Source of the DNA: Octopus vulgaris | Taxonomy: Eukaryota | DNA length: 64,000 nucleotides | Assembly: GCA_951406725.2 (NCBI GenBank) | Contig: OX597816.1 | Coordinates: forward strand, 123,132,001-123,196,000 | Direction of reading: 5' to 3' | In this document: positions 1 to 12,949 of the stretch, piece by piece | Layout: each line of letters starts with the position of its first letter | Position numbering within the stretch: the stretch's first letter is position 1 | Program-made: the position numbers and the translations under genes | Notes under the pieces: generated by a model | Told to the model about the DNA's origin: nothing | Database searches by the model: none | The model's input: only the letters and a program-made list of their open reading frames with translations

Positions 1-134
1 ATCTGTCAAGAGTAAACACAATAGACCAGATACTGTAGCTTGGCACTGACAAGGAAAACTATGTTCCATTATAGAGGTCAGCTGTCCTGCTGTAGAGAAC
101 ATCTATTTTTTCATATTTAAAAGAAATTTTTTTT

Positions 135-500
135 TTTTATTTCATCTAGTTTCAGCTCACGGGCTGTGGCCATGCTGGGGCATCACCATTTGGTCTTGCT
201 ACATAATTTTACTTCACAAATGCTTTTTAGCAATTGATATTTGGTGCCTGAGAGAGTTTGATGCAGCTGCCCTCATCTGCACCTACTGCCGCGAAGTTGG
301 TTCATCTGGGATACCTGACAGGAAAAGGTGCAGCTTTATTTTGAAGACACCTACATCCACCCCATGCAGGTCTCTCAGGTCCTTCAGGAGGATATTGAAG
401 AGCTGTGGACCTCTGAAGCCCAGGCTATTGCAGTATCTTGTCCTACATCTTGATGGTAAATTTGGAGTCCTTGGCACTATGTAGGGGTGCCCAGTTCTAG
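135..500 (-). mobile_element. 3' end fragment of a CR1/L2-type non-LTR retrotransposon
   Basis: ORF 283-477 (NSLGFRGPQLFNILLKDLRD...FKIKLHLFLSGIPDEP) resembles the C-terminus of CR1/L2-clade ORF2. It is followed by a 3' UTR ending GGTGATGCCCCAGCATGGCCACAG...CTGAAACTAG and an A-rich tail. Confidence 0.65.
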
Positions 501-1092
501 GTTTCTATTTGAAAATCAAAGTGACAGAAGATAACTATGAACAACTGCTTCAAAACCTCTAGCTATTATAGCTAGATTTTAAATTCACATTTATACCAAT
601 AATAATCAAGGTACTTGGTTTTGACAGTAAATTATTAAGTGACAGTCTGGATAAGCTAGGGTTTTCAGAAAAAGAAATCAACCAATTTGCATATTCCAAA
701 TACAATTTGTAAGTGGAACAGTAAATGCATGTAAGACATTTCTCAAGTTTAAAATATGACATTGTTTTTATTTTTGTCTATATTCAAACAATGGATCATT
801 GTGTCTTTGTTAGAAACCAGCTCCTTCCTGAGAGGAATAATTTAAATTATGAAATCTTTATGTGTGTGAATTTATACTTTTCGAGACTACATGTGTTTAT
901 GTGCTTCTAGTCAGCTACAAAAGCATGTCTGGGCTGTTTGAAGTTTGATCGGCTAGGAGAGTATTACCTCGTTTGGAAAACATGGTGGTTGGTAACAGGA
1001 AGGACATCCAGTCTTAGACAACATACTTTTGTCAAACCCATGCAAGATGATAATGAAGAAATATGCATGTGTGTGTCTATATGTGTATCTAA

Positions 1093-1213
1093 ATACATAC
1101 ATACATACATACATACATACATACACACATCCATACATACACACATATATATACATTCATACACACATATACATGCATACACACATACACACATACATAT
1201 ATACATACATATA
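1093..1213. repeat. (TACA)n/(CA)n/(TA)n compound microsatellite
   Basis: Directly visible tandem repeats. Confidence 0.95.
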
Positions 1214-1889
1214 TGAATCAACTGAATCAAACAGATTTGTGGTATGTCTTTAATGACAGTTTCATTGAAGGTATTCATTTTCTACCTTTCCAATTCATTA
1301 TGTTTGATATGGAAATGTCTGCATCATATGGCAGCTCATTCTCAATGGACACTTTCAAATGATTTGCCATGAAATTCACAAGTAATATTAGCCTTAAAGG
1401 AATCATTTTACTTTCAAATGACTGAGTATTCCTTTTTAAATTCTCAAATTCACAATAACAAGCAATTTCATTCATTCATTCCTAATGTATTGGTACTTGT
1501 TAGAAAATTTATACCTTAGCAACAGTGAAGCATTTGGGCTTTTATATTATTCATCACAACTTTTATCCAACAGAAAATTTCAGCCTTTTTAATTAAGATG
1601 TAGTGTAAATTATATACTTTCAGATGACCTGTATGTATCCACCACATTTACACAGGCTCTCACCACTCACTGTATTCGCCACCTCTGCTTCCTACTCATG
1701 CATTTCTCAGCAATACCTTGCCACTTATATTGTGACCTCCATACCTTGAAGGTACACCCTGGAAATTGCCACCATATATCTCTCTTCCTTGCTCTACCAT
1801 CCCATCTATGCTCTGATCCATGTTCCTTATGAGTATACCCTGACACTTCTCCACCATCTCTTCTGCTCTCTCTTGCACTCTTGCTGTCT

Positions 1890-1893
<4 letters not shown>

Positions 1894-1932
<39 letters not shown>

Positions 1933-2116
1933 CTTTGCTCTTCCCTATGGCTGGGTAATCATGTCTCTCCTTTACAGCAGCACACTTGTTTCTGCCCTCA
2001 TTCTCGATCACTCTCTTTTGCTCTCCTTCTCTTGCTCTTACCTCTGGCTAGGTAGCCATGTATCTTCTTTACACCAGCACACCTGTTTCTGTCCTTACTC
2101 TTGTTAACTTTCTCTC

Positions 2117-2189
<73 letters not shown>
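1894..2189. repeat. Two (CT)n tracts in a pyrimidine-rich unclassified repeat with a short internal duplication
   Basis: (CT)n at ~1894-1928 and ~2122-2189. Each is followed by a similar GCTGGGTAAYCA..TCTCCT.TACA.CA segment. Confidence 0.8.
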
Positions 2190-2192
<3 letters not shown>

Positions 2193-2329
2193 CTGGGTAA
2201 CCAAGTACCTCCTCTACAACAAGATACCTGTTTCAGTCTTTGTCTCTCTGACATAACATCACCTGACTCAAGCTCATCTCCTCTGATGCCTCCTCCCTTC
2301 TCAATGATTCTTTGCCCTCAAATTACTTA

Positions 2330-2652
2330 GTGACTTTGCCAGTGCTGGTGCCACGTTAAAAGCATCCAGTCCACACAGTAAAGTGATTGGCATTTGGAAG
2401 GGTATCCAGCGGTAAAAACCATGCCATAACTTACCTTACCTATGCTGATGCCATGTAAAAGGCACTCAGTCCACACTGCAGTTGTTAGGAAGAGTATCCA
2501 GCCATAAACCCATGCCAAAACAGACACAGAAGTTTGGTGCAGTGATCTGCCTGGCCAGCTCTTGTCCAACAGTCCAACCCATGCCAGCATGGAAGGCAGA
2601 TGTAAAACAATGATAATAATGATGATGACAACGATGATGATGATGGTGATGA
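2330..2652 (+). mobile_element. RTE-tail repeat family copy ending in (ATG)n
   Basis: GGTGCCACGTTAAAAGCA...CCAACCCATGCCAGCATGGAA...GATGATGATG, shared with about 10 other copies in the window. Confidence 0.75.
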
Positions 2653-3062
2653 TCTGCCCTATATCAGTCTCTGGCATCAATGTTACTGAGATAATTTTCA
2701 CATACCTCATTGTTTTTTAGCTTCTTGGCTTGGCATGAGCAGCCAGACATCTAAACATTACTTCAACGAAATCTTCCTCATGGTGAAGGAGTAATAATCC
2801 TCTTCTTGGTGCTATTGTTACAGTTGAGAAATAACAGCAGGTAACATAAATAGTTTATGATGCTGAGGAACCATTAAGTATTTTTTTGAAGTTATAGAAG
2901 GCTAGTATTGGCATTTACAACAGGAAATCATATATAGCTATACATGTCAATACAGCTATATGTATTAATCATTATCAATGATTTTCATACAAGCATATGG
3001 AAAAGAACGAAAGAAACAAATGAAGCTGAAATCATTAATATATATCCTTGAGTATATTGCTA

Positions 3063-3285
3063 GCACAGGCAATGAGCTTGCAGAATCATTAGCATGCTGG
3101 ACAAAATGCTTCCTGGCATTCTATCCGTCTTTACATTCTAGTTCAAATTCTGTCAAAGCTAGCTTTGTCTTTCATTTTTTTCATTAAATGAATTAAATAA
3201 CCAGTTAAGCTACCGGGGTTGGTGCAATTAACTAATCCACTTCCCTCCAATTTTCAGGCATTGTGCCTGTGGTAGAAAGGATAGA
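3063..3285 (+). mobile_element. SINE family B copy (degenerate)
   Basis: GAGCTTGCAGAATCATTAGCA...GTTCAAATTC...GGGGTTGGTGCAATTAACT...TTGTGCCT, homologous to 49280-49505 and 15452-15640. Confidence 0.65.
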
Positions 3286-3569
3286 ACTAGCACATACGAT
3301 GAAAAATAAAAATGACATCAGAAGCAGTTTAAACCAAGGAAAATGAAACTAAATGTCATAATATATTTAGTCCATTGTTCTAATATTTATGTTATCTTAC
3401 CATTAAATATTCATAAAATGATTCAGCAGTAGAGTTTTTCCAAAAGGCATTGATTTATATATTACCCTGATTTGACATCAATAATAACAACAATAATAGT
3501 ACGGAGACCCCATTTGGTCACCAATGACCATGGGATTGTACTTAGAAAGTTACCTTCCGAGGCACAAGT

Positions 3570-3980
3570 CCATGCTGACTTGGGTTGAATGGTTTGACTA
3601 GAGCTGGCAAGCTGGGGAGCTGCACTAGATTCCGTCTGATTTGGCATGGTTCCTACAGTTGGATACCCTTCCTAACACGAAGCACTTTACAGAATGTGTT
3701 GGTTGGTTTTATGTGGTGCTGCACAGGTGCTTTTACATGGTGCTGCATGGGTGCTTTAATGTGGCACCACATGGGTGCTTTTACATGGCACTGCACAATT
3801 GCTTTAACATAGCACCATATGGTGCTTTTACATGGTACCACATGGGAACTTTTATGTGGAATCGCCATGAGGGCTTTATACAATCAGAAGGATCAGCCTT
3901 AACACTTCTGCTGCAGAGTACAGGTTTTCTTGAATATGGCAAGGCACATGGCATCTCAGTCCTTTGTCATTTCGCCTGAA
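3570..3980 (-). mobile_element. RTE-tail repeat copy with an internal ~20-bp minisatellite
   Basis: TTGGCATGGTTCCTACAGTTGGATACCCTTCCTAAC family motif; GGTGCTTTTACATGGCACCA-like units repeated about 8 times at ~3700-3870. Confidence 0.75.
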
Positions 3981-4456
3981 AGGTATAATTTCTGTTCTTG
4001 TTTTAGTTTTCTCCTCAAAGAAGCATGCCACTTCAGCCTCTCTTCTATGTTTATTGAATTACTTGAAAGACAGAAATCATGTTATTTAGTTTTGTTTGCA
4101 CTTTCTAATTGTATGTATTTGCTTTCTAATATGAATTACTAGATATTTTTATAGTTCTACATTGAATATTTTGTAATGGCTTTCTAGTTGCATAAAGTAT
4201 CAACCTTCCTCCAGAAATCTAAAATGAAAATTGGTCATTGAATACCATGCTAAAGCAATAGTAAAGAAATCCCTTACATGGCTAATACCTGAAAAAAATA
4301 AATAAATTAGATCAAAATTTAAAGAAATAGGAATATCACAACACTTGCCAAGAAACACATAACACAAAGTTATAACTGAAGTTCTTGATCAAAACTCAGC
4401 ATAGGATAAAAGCCTTTGTCATCTGAAACCCCACAAAAGTATGTTTCAAGTTGCTT

Positions 4457-5290
4457 ATCTATTATATAAAATCTGTTCTGTCTGTCTGTGTGCATGTCTT
4501 CTAGGATCTCGAGCATCCTCCATTCGATTGCACTCAAATTTAATATGTAGACACCAACGGTATCAGGATGTTTAAGTCTTGAAAAAATTACAAAAATCGA
4601 TTCCAGGTGAGAATGTGATCGATAAAGCCGAAGGAACGTGCATTTGTAAAATCGTTTTTCTTGGAATAGAAAAAAAGTTTATCTTTATTTCTTCTTTTGC
4701 TGGTGTCTAAAATTTAGCTTAAATCAGTGTTTCTCAAAAGGGAGGCCTATGGGACGGTCGGACAAGTTGTTTTGAGAAAATTTGGTTTAACTGTTTGACA
4801 ACTCAGCACCATCTATTGGACAGGGGGCGTTTTGCTTATAAAGTATAATTTTATAAATATTACTTATGAAGATGTATTCTCACAGCAGGCACCAGATCAA
4901 GTCTTTGAGAATGACAAAATAACCATACTTTAGTAAAAGTCAATCCACAGAGGCAAAGTGATCAAGACTAATCAAATGGATGCTGTTGTCAAATGAAATG
5001 TTTCCTAATCATACAATCTGTATTACTTGATGATAATGTGTCTCGAAAATATGCATAGGAATTAACCAAATATAGATATCTAGAAATGGATATAAGCTGA
5101 AAGCACAACTTGAAAACAGAAACAACACCTACAATAATAAGAAACTTGGAAATGATTAAAAACACATGCCGACATAATGGAAACACAAGGATTTATAAAT
5201 ATGTTGAACATCCAAAAATGAGAGCTACACAGCACATATAATGCATAGAGTAGTTGGAATATAAGACACATTGCAAAACTAAAACAAAAC
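4457..5290 (+). mobile_element. Possible Helitron-like 5' remnant
   Basis: Begins A|TCTATTATATAAAA followed by (CTGT)n, a pattern typical of non-autonomous Helitron 5' ends. No 3' hairpin/CTRR end was identified. Confidence 0.35.
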
Positions 5291-5419
5291 ACTGCACATA
5301 ACTATGATGTATAGAGCTGCATTTGTCAGTTCAGGGAAAGCTTGCTATAAAAATAAGACATTAAAGCAATTAATGATAATAACAATGGAGACTAGTGAAA
5401 TGTGGATAATGGAAATATC

Positions 5420-5572
5420 TTTTAAAAGTATGGAGTGTATTCCAAATTCCATTCACAAAACATTGGCCAACCCACTGCTATTGTAGAAGATACTTGATCA
5501 AAATGCTTCAGTGTAGGGTGGAACCCAAATTGATGCAGCTGCAAAGTGAACTTCTTAACCAGAGAGCCATGC
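5420..5572 (-). mobile_element. SINE family A head (degenerate)
   Basis: The reverse complement reads GCATGGCTCTCTGGTTAAGAAG...GGGTTCCACCCTACACTG...CAAGTATCTTCTACAATAGC, matching the head of 20465-20885. Confidence 0.6.
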
Positions 5573-5580
5573 TTGTGATT

Positions 5581-5609
5581 ACACACACACACACACATAC
5601 ACGTGCACG

Positions 5610-5669
<60 letters not shown>

Positions 5670-5689
5670 TGCACACATACATACATACA

Positions 5690-5722
<33 letters not shown>
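5581..5722. repeat. (CA)n/(TACA)n microsatellite
   Basis: Directly visible. Confidence 0.95.
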
Positions 5723-5723
<1 letters not shown>

Positions 5724-8662
5724 ATCCAGCTACAAAAATGCCTCATGATAATAGCAAAGGAGAATGGGCACCAGCCAGCCAGCCCAAAGGTTGGGCTGCA
5801 CCTGCCTACCTGTAAAAGGAAGGTGCAAGCACTTGTACTGGGTTGCGCAAGCATGACTTGCCTTATGATGGCTGATGGCCTAAGGAGAATCTTGGGGTAA
5901 GGTTGTGAAGTTGGAATGTGTGCAGTCTGTGTGGAAGGAGGACTGAGGTGTGTGAGGAATTGAGGAAGAGGAGGGTGGATGTGTGCTGTGTGCAAGAGGT
6001 TAGGTGGAGGGGCCAGGGTGTAAGATTTGTGGGAGTCAAGGGAAAAAGGTACAAGTTGTGGTGGTTGGAAAATAGCAAGGGGACTGGAGGTGTGGGAATT
6101 TTGGTGAAGGAAGAAATCTGTGAGAAGGTGGTAGAGGTCAGGAGAAAGAGAGACGGAGTGATGATAGTAGTATTAGCATTTGAGGAAGAGGGGGTGCGGG
6201 TATTTTGTGGGTATGGTCCACAAAGTGGAAGAGGGATCACTCCAAAAGGGCAGTTCTTTGTTGAAATGGCGAATGAGTGGGACTTACAAAAGGTAGATGA
6301 ATTGGTTTGGGGCATGGGTGATTTTGATGGACATGTTGGGAAATGGATCCATGGCATTGAGGGCATGCATGGGGGAAATGGAATTGGGGTGAAAGATTTG
6401 GAAGGAAGGATGCTGTTAGAGTTTTGTGATGAGAAAGCGTTGTGTGTGGTGAATACATGGTTTAGAAAAACAGAGAAAAGGAAGGTGACTTTTAGTGCAG
6501 GAGGGAATGAGACAGAGATTGATTTCATGTTGGTTGGCAGGAGGCAAAATAGAAATATCTGAGAGATGTAAAGACAATACCAGGGGAGTTGCAGCACAGG
6601 TTGGTGATTACTGACTTGGATAAGAGGGAAGTTACAAAGTGTGTGAGAAAGGGAATGGTTGAGAGGAGAAAGGTCCAGAAACTGAAAGAAGAAACAAAGC
6701 AAGGTTTGAGGAGAGAGTTGGGGAGTTAGTAAGCATTGATGCACCAGAAGTGAGTGGAAGGACGAAGGGTAGGAGAGATCGAGGAAATATGTGATGGTGG
6801 AAGGAGGAGGTGAGGAATGCTACAGTGAGGAAGAAGGAGGCACACAAAGCTTTATGTAATAATAGGAATGAGCAAATGAAAGTCAGGTATAATAACATGA
6901 AGAATCGTGCAAAAAGGGGGTGGTTGTGAGATCTATGTAGAAGGAGGCTGAGGAGAGGTTGAGCAGGCTGGAGGAGAACCCAGATAGAGCGTTTAGGTTT
7001 ATTAAATCAATGAAAAATGATGGAAGAGATGTTGAGGGAGAAAGATGCATGAGGGGGAGTGATGGAAGGTTGAATTTTAGTAAGGACAGGGGGAAGAGTT
7101 TAGAAGGAGCATATGGAGGGAATTATGAATGAGGAGAATGAATGGGATCAGAGGGTGGAAATTGCCGTAGTGAAGGTGCCAGTGGAGAGGGTTAGTCAGG
7201 AAGAAGTAGTGGAGACAATGAAGGAAATGAAAGCAGGGAAGACAGCTGGTCTGTCAGAAATAAGTGTGGAAATGATAACTGCAAGTGGAAAGATAGGGAT
7301 TGTTGTGACGATGGAACTCTGCCAGGAAATGCTGGATGGAAGAGGAATGCCAGATGATTGGGTACTAAGTGTGGTGGTACCAATTACAAAGGGGAAGTGA
7401 GATGTGATGAGTTGTGGGGAGTATAGAGGAGTGAAGTTATTGGAGCATGCAATGAAGATAATGGAAAGGGTGTTGGAGAGGAGAATTTGGAAAGGGGTAG
7501 ATGTGGATGAGATGCAATTTGGTTTTATGCCAGGAAGGAGGACAATAGATGCAGTGTTCCTTGTAAGGAGATTGCAGGAGGAATACTGAGATAAAGGGAA
7601 GGAGTTGTACATATGCTTCGTTGATCAGGAGAAGGCATTTGATAGGGTTCCAAGGAAGGTGATTGAATGGGCATTGAGGAAGAGAGGTGTACTAGAGGTA
7701 ATAGTGAGAACAGTGATGAGTTTGTATGTGTGAGCATTGAATCAGAGCTGTCAGAGGAGTTTGTAGTGGAAGTTGGTGTGCATCAGGGATCTGTGTTGTC
7801 ACTATTGTTGTTTGCAATAGTGGTTGATGTGGTAATGGAGAGTGCAAGAGAGGGACTGCTAATGGAGATACTGTATACAGATTACATTGTTCTGATGAGT
7901 GAGACGATGGAGGGATTGAGGGAGAGTTTTGGAAATGGAAGGAGGCATTTGAGAGCAAGGTACAAATCAGGAAGATAAAGGTGATAGTGAGTGGGGTGGA
8001 AGGAGAAGTATTAGTAAGGTGGATCTATGTGGTGTATGTGGAAGGAGGGCAATGACAAATACAGTGTTGTGTACAAAATGTGAGAAATGGATTCATGGTA
8101 GATGTATGAAAATGAAGAAGGTGATCCCAAGACTGGCAAGAAAGTTTGTTTGTGGAAGATGAGAGAAAGGAGCTGGAGGGCTGGCAAGGTCAGTGGAAAC
8201 ACTTTGTGATGGGAGGAGACAGTGAGAGGGTTTTGTTAATTGGGAGATAAGGTGGATGTTAGTGGTGGATGTGATTTGACAGCAAGAGCAAGACTTGGCT
8301 GGGTGAAGTTCAGGGAATGTGGAGCAATATTATATGGAAAAAGGTTGAAAGGAAAGGTGTGAGAGCTGCAATGCTCCAAGGGTGAATGGAGTGCAGTGAT
8401 ATGAGCATGTGTTGAGGAGGGATGAGGAGCATGTTCTGAAGAGGGTGCTAGAGTTTGAGGTAAACGGACAGCAAAAGCGAGTTAGACTGAGGAAAATGAG
8501 GACAGGATAGGTGGATGAGGAGATTGGGAGGGTTGGCTTAAGAAGGGAGAATGTCCAAAACTGGAAAAGATGGTGAGATGGTTGCTATGGCATTGAGATA
8601 GATCCAGCCACCCCCATTAATGGGGACAAAACCCGGATTCAACATGATGGATGATGATGATG
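5723..8662 (+). mobile_element. Degenerate, nearly full-length RTE-clade LINE (AP endonuclease + reverse transcriptase pseudogene)
   Basis: APE motifs (RRVDVCCVQEVRWRG, GVGIL, MGDFDGHVG, TEIDFML) in ORF 5918-6562. RT motifs YRGVKLLEHAMKIMER, QFGFMPGRRTIDA, GVHQGSVLS and LYTDY (decayed YADD) at 7113-7978. Many stops and frameshifts; ends in GATGATGATG. Confidence 0.93.
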
Positions 8663-8687
8663 ATATATATAAAAAGGATATATATAT

Positions 8688-8984
8688 TTGCATTGGGAAC
8701 CACTTCACATTGACAACCGGTGATTTCACATGCTGATGATGGGTCAAAAATCCAGAAACCCGGGTCTGTGTGTATCACATCAGGTTGGAGATGGGAAGGA
8801 TGGCTTCCCTTTGCAAATACTGATAGGGTACAGAAAGTGTGTCAGTAGCCAGCTGGAAGAGGTGTCTTCCTAGTGCTACAAGCTACAGTAGCATCCACCC
8901 TTAAGGGCTAGCCACATTTCAGTGGCAAATATATTTCATGATGTCATGCAGCTACTGTTTATACCTCACTCAGAGATTTATTAC

Positions 8985-8987
<3 letters not shown>
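8688..8987 (+). mobile_element. Hammerhead-bearing ~300-bp element (retrozyme/Penelope-pLTR-like unit, family H1)
   Basis: Colinear homology with 63561-63858 along its length; contains the hammerhead at 8720-8778; 3' end runs into (TA)n. Confidence 0.75.
8720..8778 (+). ncRNA. Type I minimal hammerhead ribozyme
   Basis: Stem I CACATG/TGTGTG, extended by GTGAT/ATCAC across an internal loop. Core CTGATGA (8733-8739); stem II TGGGT-CAAAA-ATCCA; GAAA (8755-8758); stem III C-CCGG-G with palindromic loop; cleavage triplet GTC (predicted cut after 8766). Confidence 0.8.
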
Positions 8988-9026
<39 letters not shown>

Positions 9027-9042
9027 CACACACACACATATG

Positions 9043-9078
<36 letters not shown>

Positions 9079-9135
9079 TGTATGTATGTATGTATCTATG
9101 TATGTATGTATGTATGTATACAGGTATGCATGTAT
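8988..9135. repeat. (TA)n/(TATG)n microsatellite
   Basis: Directly visible. Confidence 0.95.
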
Positions 9136-9846
9136 AACTTTTAATTTAAAAATGAAGACCTTAATTTCTAAATTAAAAATTCTAAGGAAGTATATTTATC
9201 CAAAGTAAGCAAGATATATTGACATTCAGGCAAAGAGTCTTCATTCTACTTTACATTTTCCCCTCTAAATCTTTATGGCTCTACAACATTAAGATATATA
9301 AAGAAATTACTTATAATATTCAATGAAAATATATTGTCAAAGCTTCTTTGCATAAATGAACATTTGTCTTCATTTATCAAAAATATCTCTTCTGGCAACA
9401 GCTTTTGTTAATCCATTGAATAATGAACTGCAGTTACGTTAGTCGAGGATAAGATGAGAGGTTTTGTTTTAAAACTGAAATTGCTTTAATTCTCATTATT
9501 CATTCTTGTTTAAAATTGGTGGTTAAATTATTTAGTGAGAGCAGTATATTAAAGTTTACTGTATTTATTGATTAAATTACAGATTTCTTACTTTATTTCT
9601 TCACTTTTGAGAGAAAACTACTCCAGAATTTAGACATTTTTTTTACTATATTAATAAAGATGGAGGACTGCACCTTAAAGGGAGACTGACAGTGTATTTT
9701 GTATTACAGAATATGATTGCAAATATGAAAGGGAAAAATCACTGTCTCTGAAATGCACATACTCATGCACAGACATGCCCATGTTTTATTTCATTCTAAT
9801 TCAACTTCATCTTTCTTGGAAGATAATCAGAATTCACTAGTTTTCC

Positions 9847-10068
9847 TTAAGCCATTTGATATTAATCCACCTGAGACCATCTTAGTTCTAGGATACAAAC
9901 TTTCTGTTTGAATGTGGTCTAAATTAAAACTTCCCATCAAAATTTTGTGTTAATTTATGTTTCAAAAACCAGCTTGATAATTACAAAGTGATTTTAGAAA
10001 ATTTTTCAGTATTTAAAAGAATATAATGGTAGTGTATTTCAGTTGAAATATGGTAACAAAAAGGTTAA
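9847..10068. mobile_element. TTAA-flanked piggyBac-like MITE (diverged copy)
   Basis: TTAA at both ends with degenerate terminal repeats; body homologous to 13150-13357. Confidence 0.6.
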
Positions 10069-10265
10069 ATCATCATCATCATCATCATCGTTTAACGTCC
10101 GCTTTCCATGCTAGCATGGGTTGGACGGTTCAACTGGGGTCTGGCAAGCCCGAAGGCTACACCAGGCCAGTCAGATCTGGCAGTGTTTCTACAGCTGGAT
10201 GCCCTTCCTAACGCCAACCACTCCGAGAGTGTAGTGGGTGATTTTATGTGCCACCGACACAGGCA
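10069..10265 (-). mobile_element. RTE-tail repeat copy (young)
   Basis: (CAT)n followed by CGTTTAACGTCCGCTTTCCATGCTAGCATGGGTTGGACGG; very similar to the start of 54557-55045. Confidence 0.8.
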
Positions 10266-11679
10266 CAAATATAAGTATTTTTTGTTTGGTATTATTTCTT
10301 CTGGTTAAAACATACAATACATGTTGTAATCTAATGTTGGACTGTTATAACGTCCACTCCAGTATAGCAGTATATTTAGTCAGGTAAGACACGACTATCT
10401 ATGACCGACTCCCCCAAATTCTCCTATGTCAAAGTATTTGTAATGATTATTACATACCACTCATTGCATGGGGGGAGTATTCCATTATTATTATCATTTC
10501 CATAATGATCTATGATTAATATTTTCTCTCAGGTCTTTTATATAAACAAATGCAGATGCACACACACACACACACACAACACTATTTTATATAATGTTGT
10601 TATTGCTGTTATTATTGTTTATCTCCATGTCTTGGTGATCCTGCCATTTTGTTAAACATAGTGTCCCTCGGACTGCATTATTTAAAGTGTCATTCCTTTC
10701 TTTAAGACAGCAAGATATGATTTGAGGTGGATTTAACAACTATTTCTAACAGTCAAATAACATAAAATCTACACCTTTGGTTTCTTTTGCATAATGCTTT
10801 GAATACTATCAAGAGTTGTTCAGCTTTGAAACTCAAAATATTTATCTTAAAATGTCAGAGGTGTTCAAGTGTTTTGATATTTCATGGGAATCCTTGAAAC
10901 AGGAAATTTCTGTATCTCTATTTGTCTGTAAAATGTCCTTGCACTTCAAAACTGTTCAGGTTCTTATAAGTGGTAAATGCAATTTCTTTTGCTCTTTTTT
11001 GCCATTGCTAACACCAACACTAAAATTGTAAAGCAGGAATTTATGCAATTATCATGTTGTTGAATCTGAGAAAGCTTTCTAGATAAATACGCAATCCCTT
11101 GTCACCAATAAATCTCAAGAACAGCTTTAATTCCTGAACAGGATTTCTTTAAAACAGATCTCTTTGGCTGGGGATAAGCAAACAGTGCAAGAGATATGTT
11201 TATATTTGTTTTTAAACAACAATGTTTCTGCAAACATCAGCAATAACATTAGTCTCTGTCTGTGAGTCTGAGTACTACACAACAACTGAAATGCAAATAA
11301 TGATTGCAGAATTTTTTTTTTATATTACATCATTTACTTTTATTATAGTTCTGTGTTGTCTAACACTCTGGAATCAACTCAAATATCAGTGATTGATCTT
11401 GTTCAATAGATTATAAAACACTGTGGAGTGTAATCCAAGCAGGAGAAAATATTTTGTTCCTTTGCAACAATATATTTAGTCAAACATTCTTTTGTTTCTA
11501 TTTAACTTTATTCTATACACCACTTTGTCAAAGATAGCATTCAATCAATTAAATTAAACATATGGAAGGGAAAAAATATCCTAAACTATCATTATCAGAC
11601 CTATTATTTAGCATTTCAGCTCAGCTAATTGCTCTCTCCACCCACCCCTCTTCCTCCTCTCTCTTCTTTTTAGAAAAAC

Positions 11680-11935
11680 ATACCGTAAAAGCACCCATGC
11701 AGTGATGCATAAAAGTGTCAGTGCAGTGCCACATAAAGTTGCCTGAGCAGCACCACATAAAAGGACCCACATGGTGCCACATAAAAGCACCCAGTACACT
11801 CTGTAAAGTGTTTGGCATTAAGAAAGGCATCCAGCTGTAGAAACCATGTCAAATCTGACTTGAGTCTAGTGCAGCTCCCCAGCTTGCTAGCATGGACAAT
11901 GGATGTTAAATGATGATGATGATGATGATGATGAT
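11680..11935 (+). mobile_element. RTE-tail repeat copy with ~20-bp minisatellite units and an (ATG)n tail
   Basis: GGTGCCACATAAAAGCACCCAG...AAGGCATCCAGCTGTAGAAACC...GATGTTAAATGATGATG. Confidence 0.75.
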
Positions 11936-12483
11936 CTACTAAGTTTCTCATTTAGCTCAACTTTTCTTTTTCTTTTTTTTTTCAATTCTTGATTTGTGAA
12001 ACCAAAATTAAACATTTTTTGCACTAACTTCATCAATTAGCTTTGATTCCAAGTTTGACAGATGGTAAGAACGTTATGAGCACTTACTTTTTTCTTCTTG
12101 TTTTTTGGTATGAAAACAATATCAAAGACACACTAATGATGAGGTCTCTATGCAGCATAAGTCTGAGAATTTAGAAACAACAATAAAAGATCATTTCCAA
12201 ATCCTAACTCTGCCATTTTCCATAACTGAATATGACTCAATAGCAGCATACACCATGACTTCAATCTGTTTTAGATACTCAGACACTGACATCCTTTTAT
12301 TGTTTGCACATTAGGTCCAGGGAATTCTTAAAATGTGACAGCTGGAGGAGGAGACTGTTGTATCCCACTACATTGATTAATACTTTTTTATATTACTTCT
12401 TTAAAAATGAAAGGCAAAGCTGACCTCACAGAATTTAAAATGTGAATGTTAAGAAGTAGAACAAAGACAGCAAAGCATTTTAT

Positions 12484-12712
12484 TTAACCCTTTTGTTACT
12501 GTATTTATTTTGAAATGCTCTGTGTTTCTTTCAATTAATTTTAAGTATAACAAAGAATTTAGTAAAATAACATAGTTATCAGTAAGCTAGTGTTAGGAAC
12601 ATAAATTGTGACTAAGTTTTGGTGGAAGATTTTAATTCAAAACTTATGAAAACAAAACATTTGTACTCAGAGCCAGAGTTGGTTTCAGCCGGGTTGGCAA
12701 TGAAAGGGTTAA
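12484..12712. mobile_element. TTAA-flanked piggyBac-like MITE inserted in a family B SINE remnant
   Basis: TTAA|CCCTTTTGTTAC ... GCAATGAAAGGG|TTAA; CCC/GGG termini with a TTAA target duplication. Confidence 0.8.
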
Positions 12713-12949
12713 TGCTCTAGCAAATATACTAATCCATTACCTGGTTTTATACTTTACATTATCAGTCCTGAGAGGGTGAAAAGCAAAGTTGACTTTGGTG
12801 GGTTTAAATTCCAAACAGTAACCAGCAACAATTTTGTCCACTGCTCTAACAATTCTGCCACTCTACAACTTAGCAGCAATTCTTCCAGTTAACTGTCCAA
12901 ATTCTACCCTATTATCTTAAATTTTAAAAATGATTCATTGGAGAAATAT

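Noticed and set aside
3700-3870. Regularly spaced ~20-bp repeats resembling a CRISPR array
   Set aside because: Contiguous degenerate minisatellite with no unique spacers, inside a eukaryotic retro-repeat; no cas genes.
5863-6744. 293-aa minus-strand ORF, the longest in the window
   Set aside because: Antisense shadow of the purine-rich RTE endonuclease region; no domain signature.
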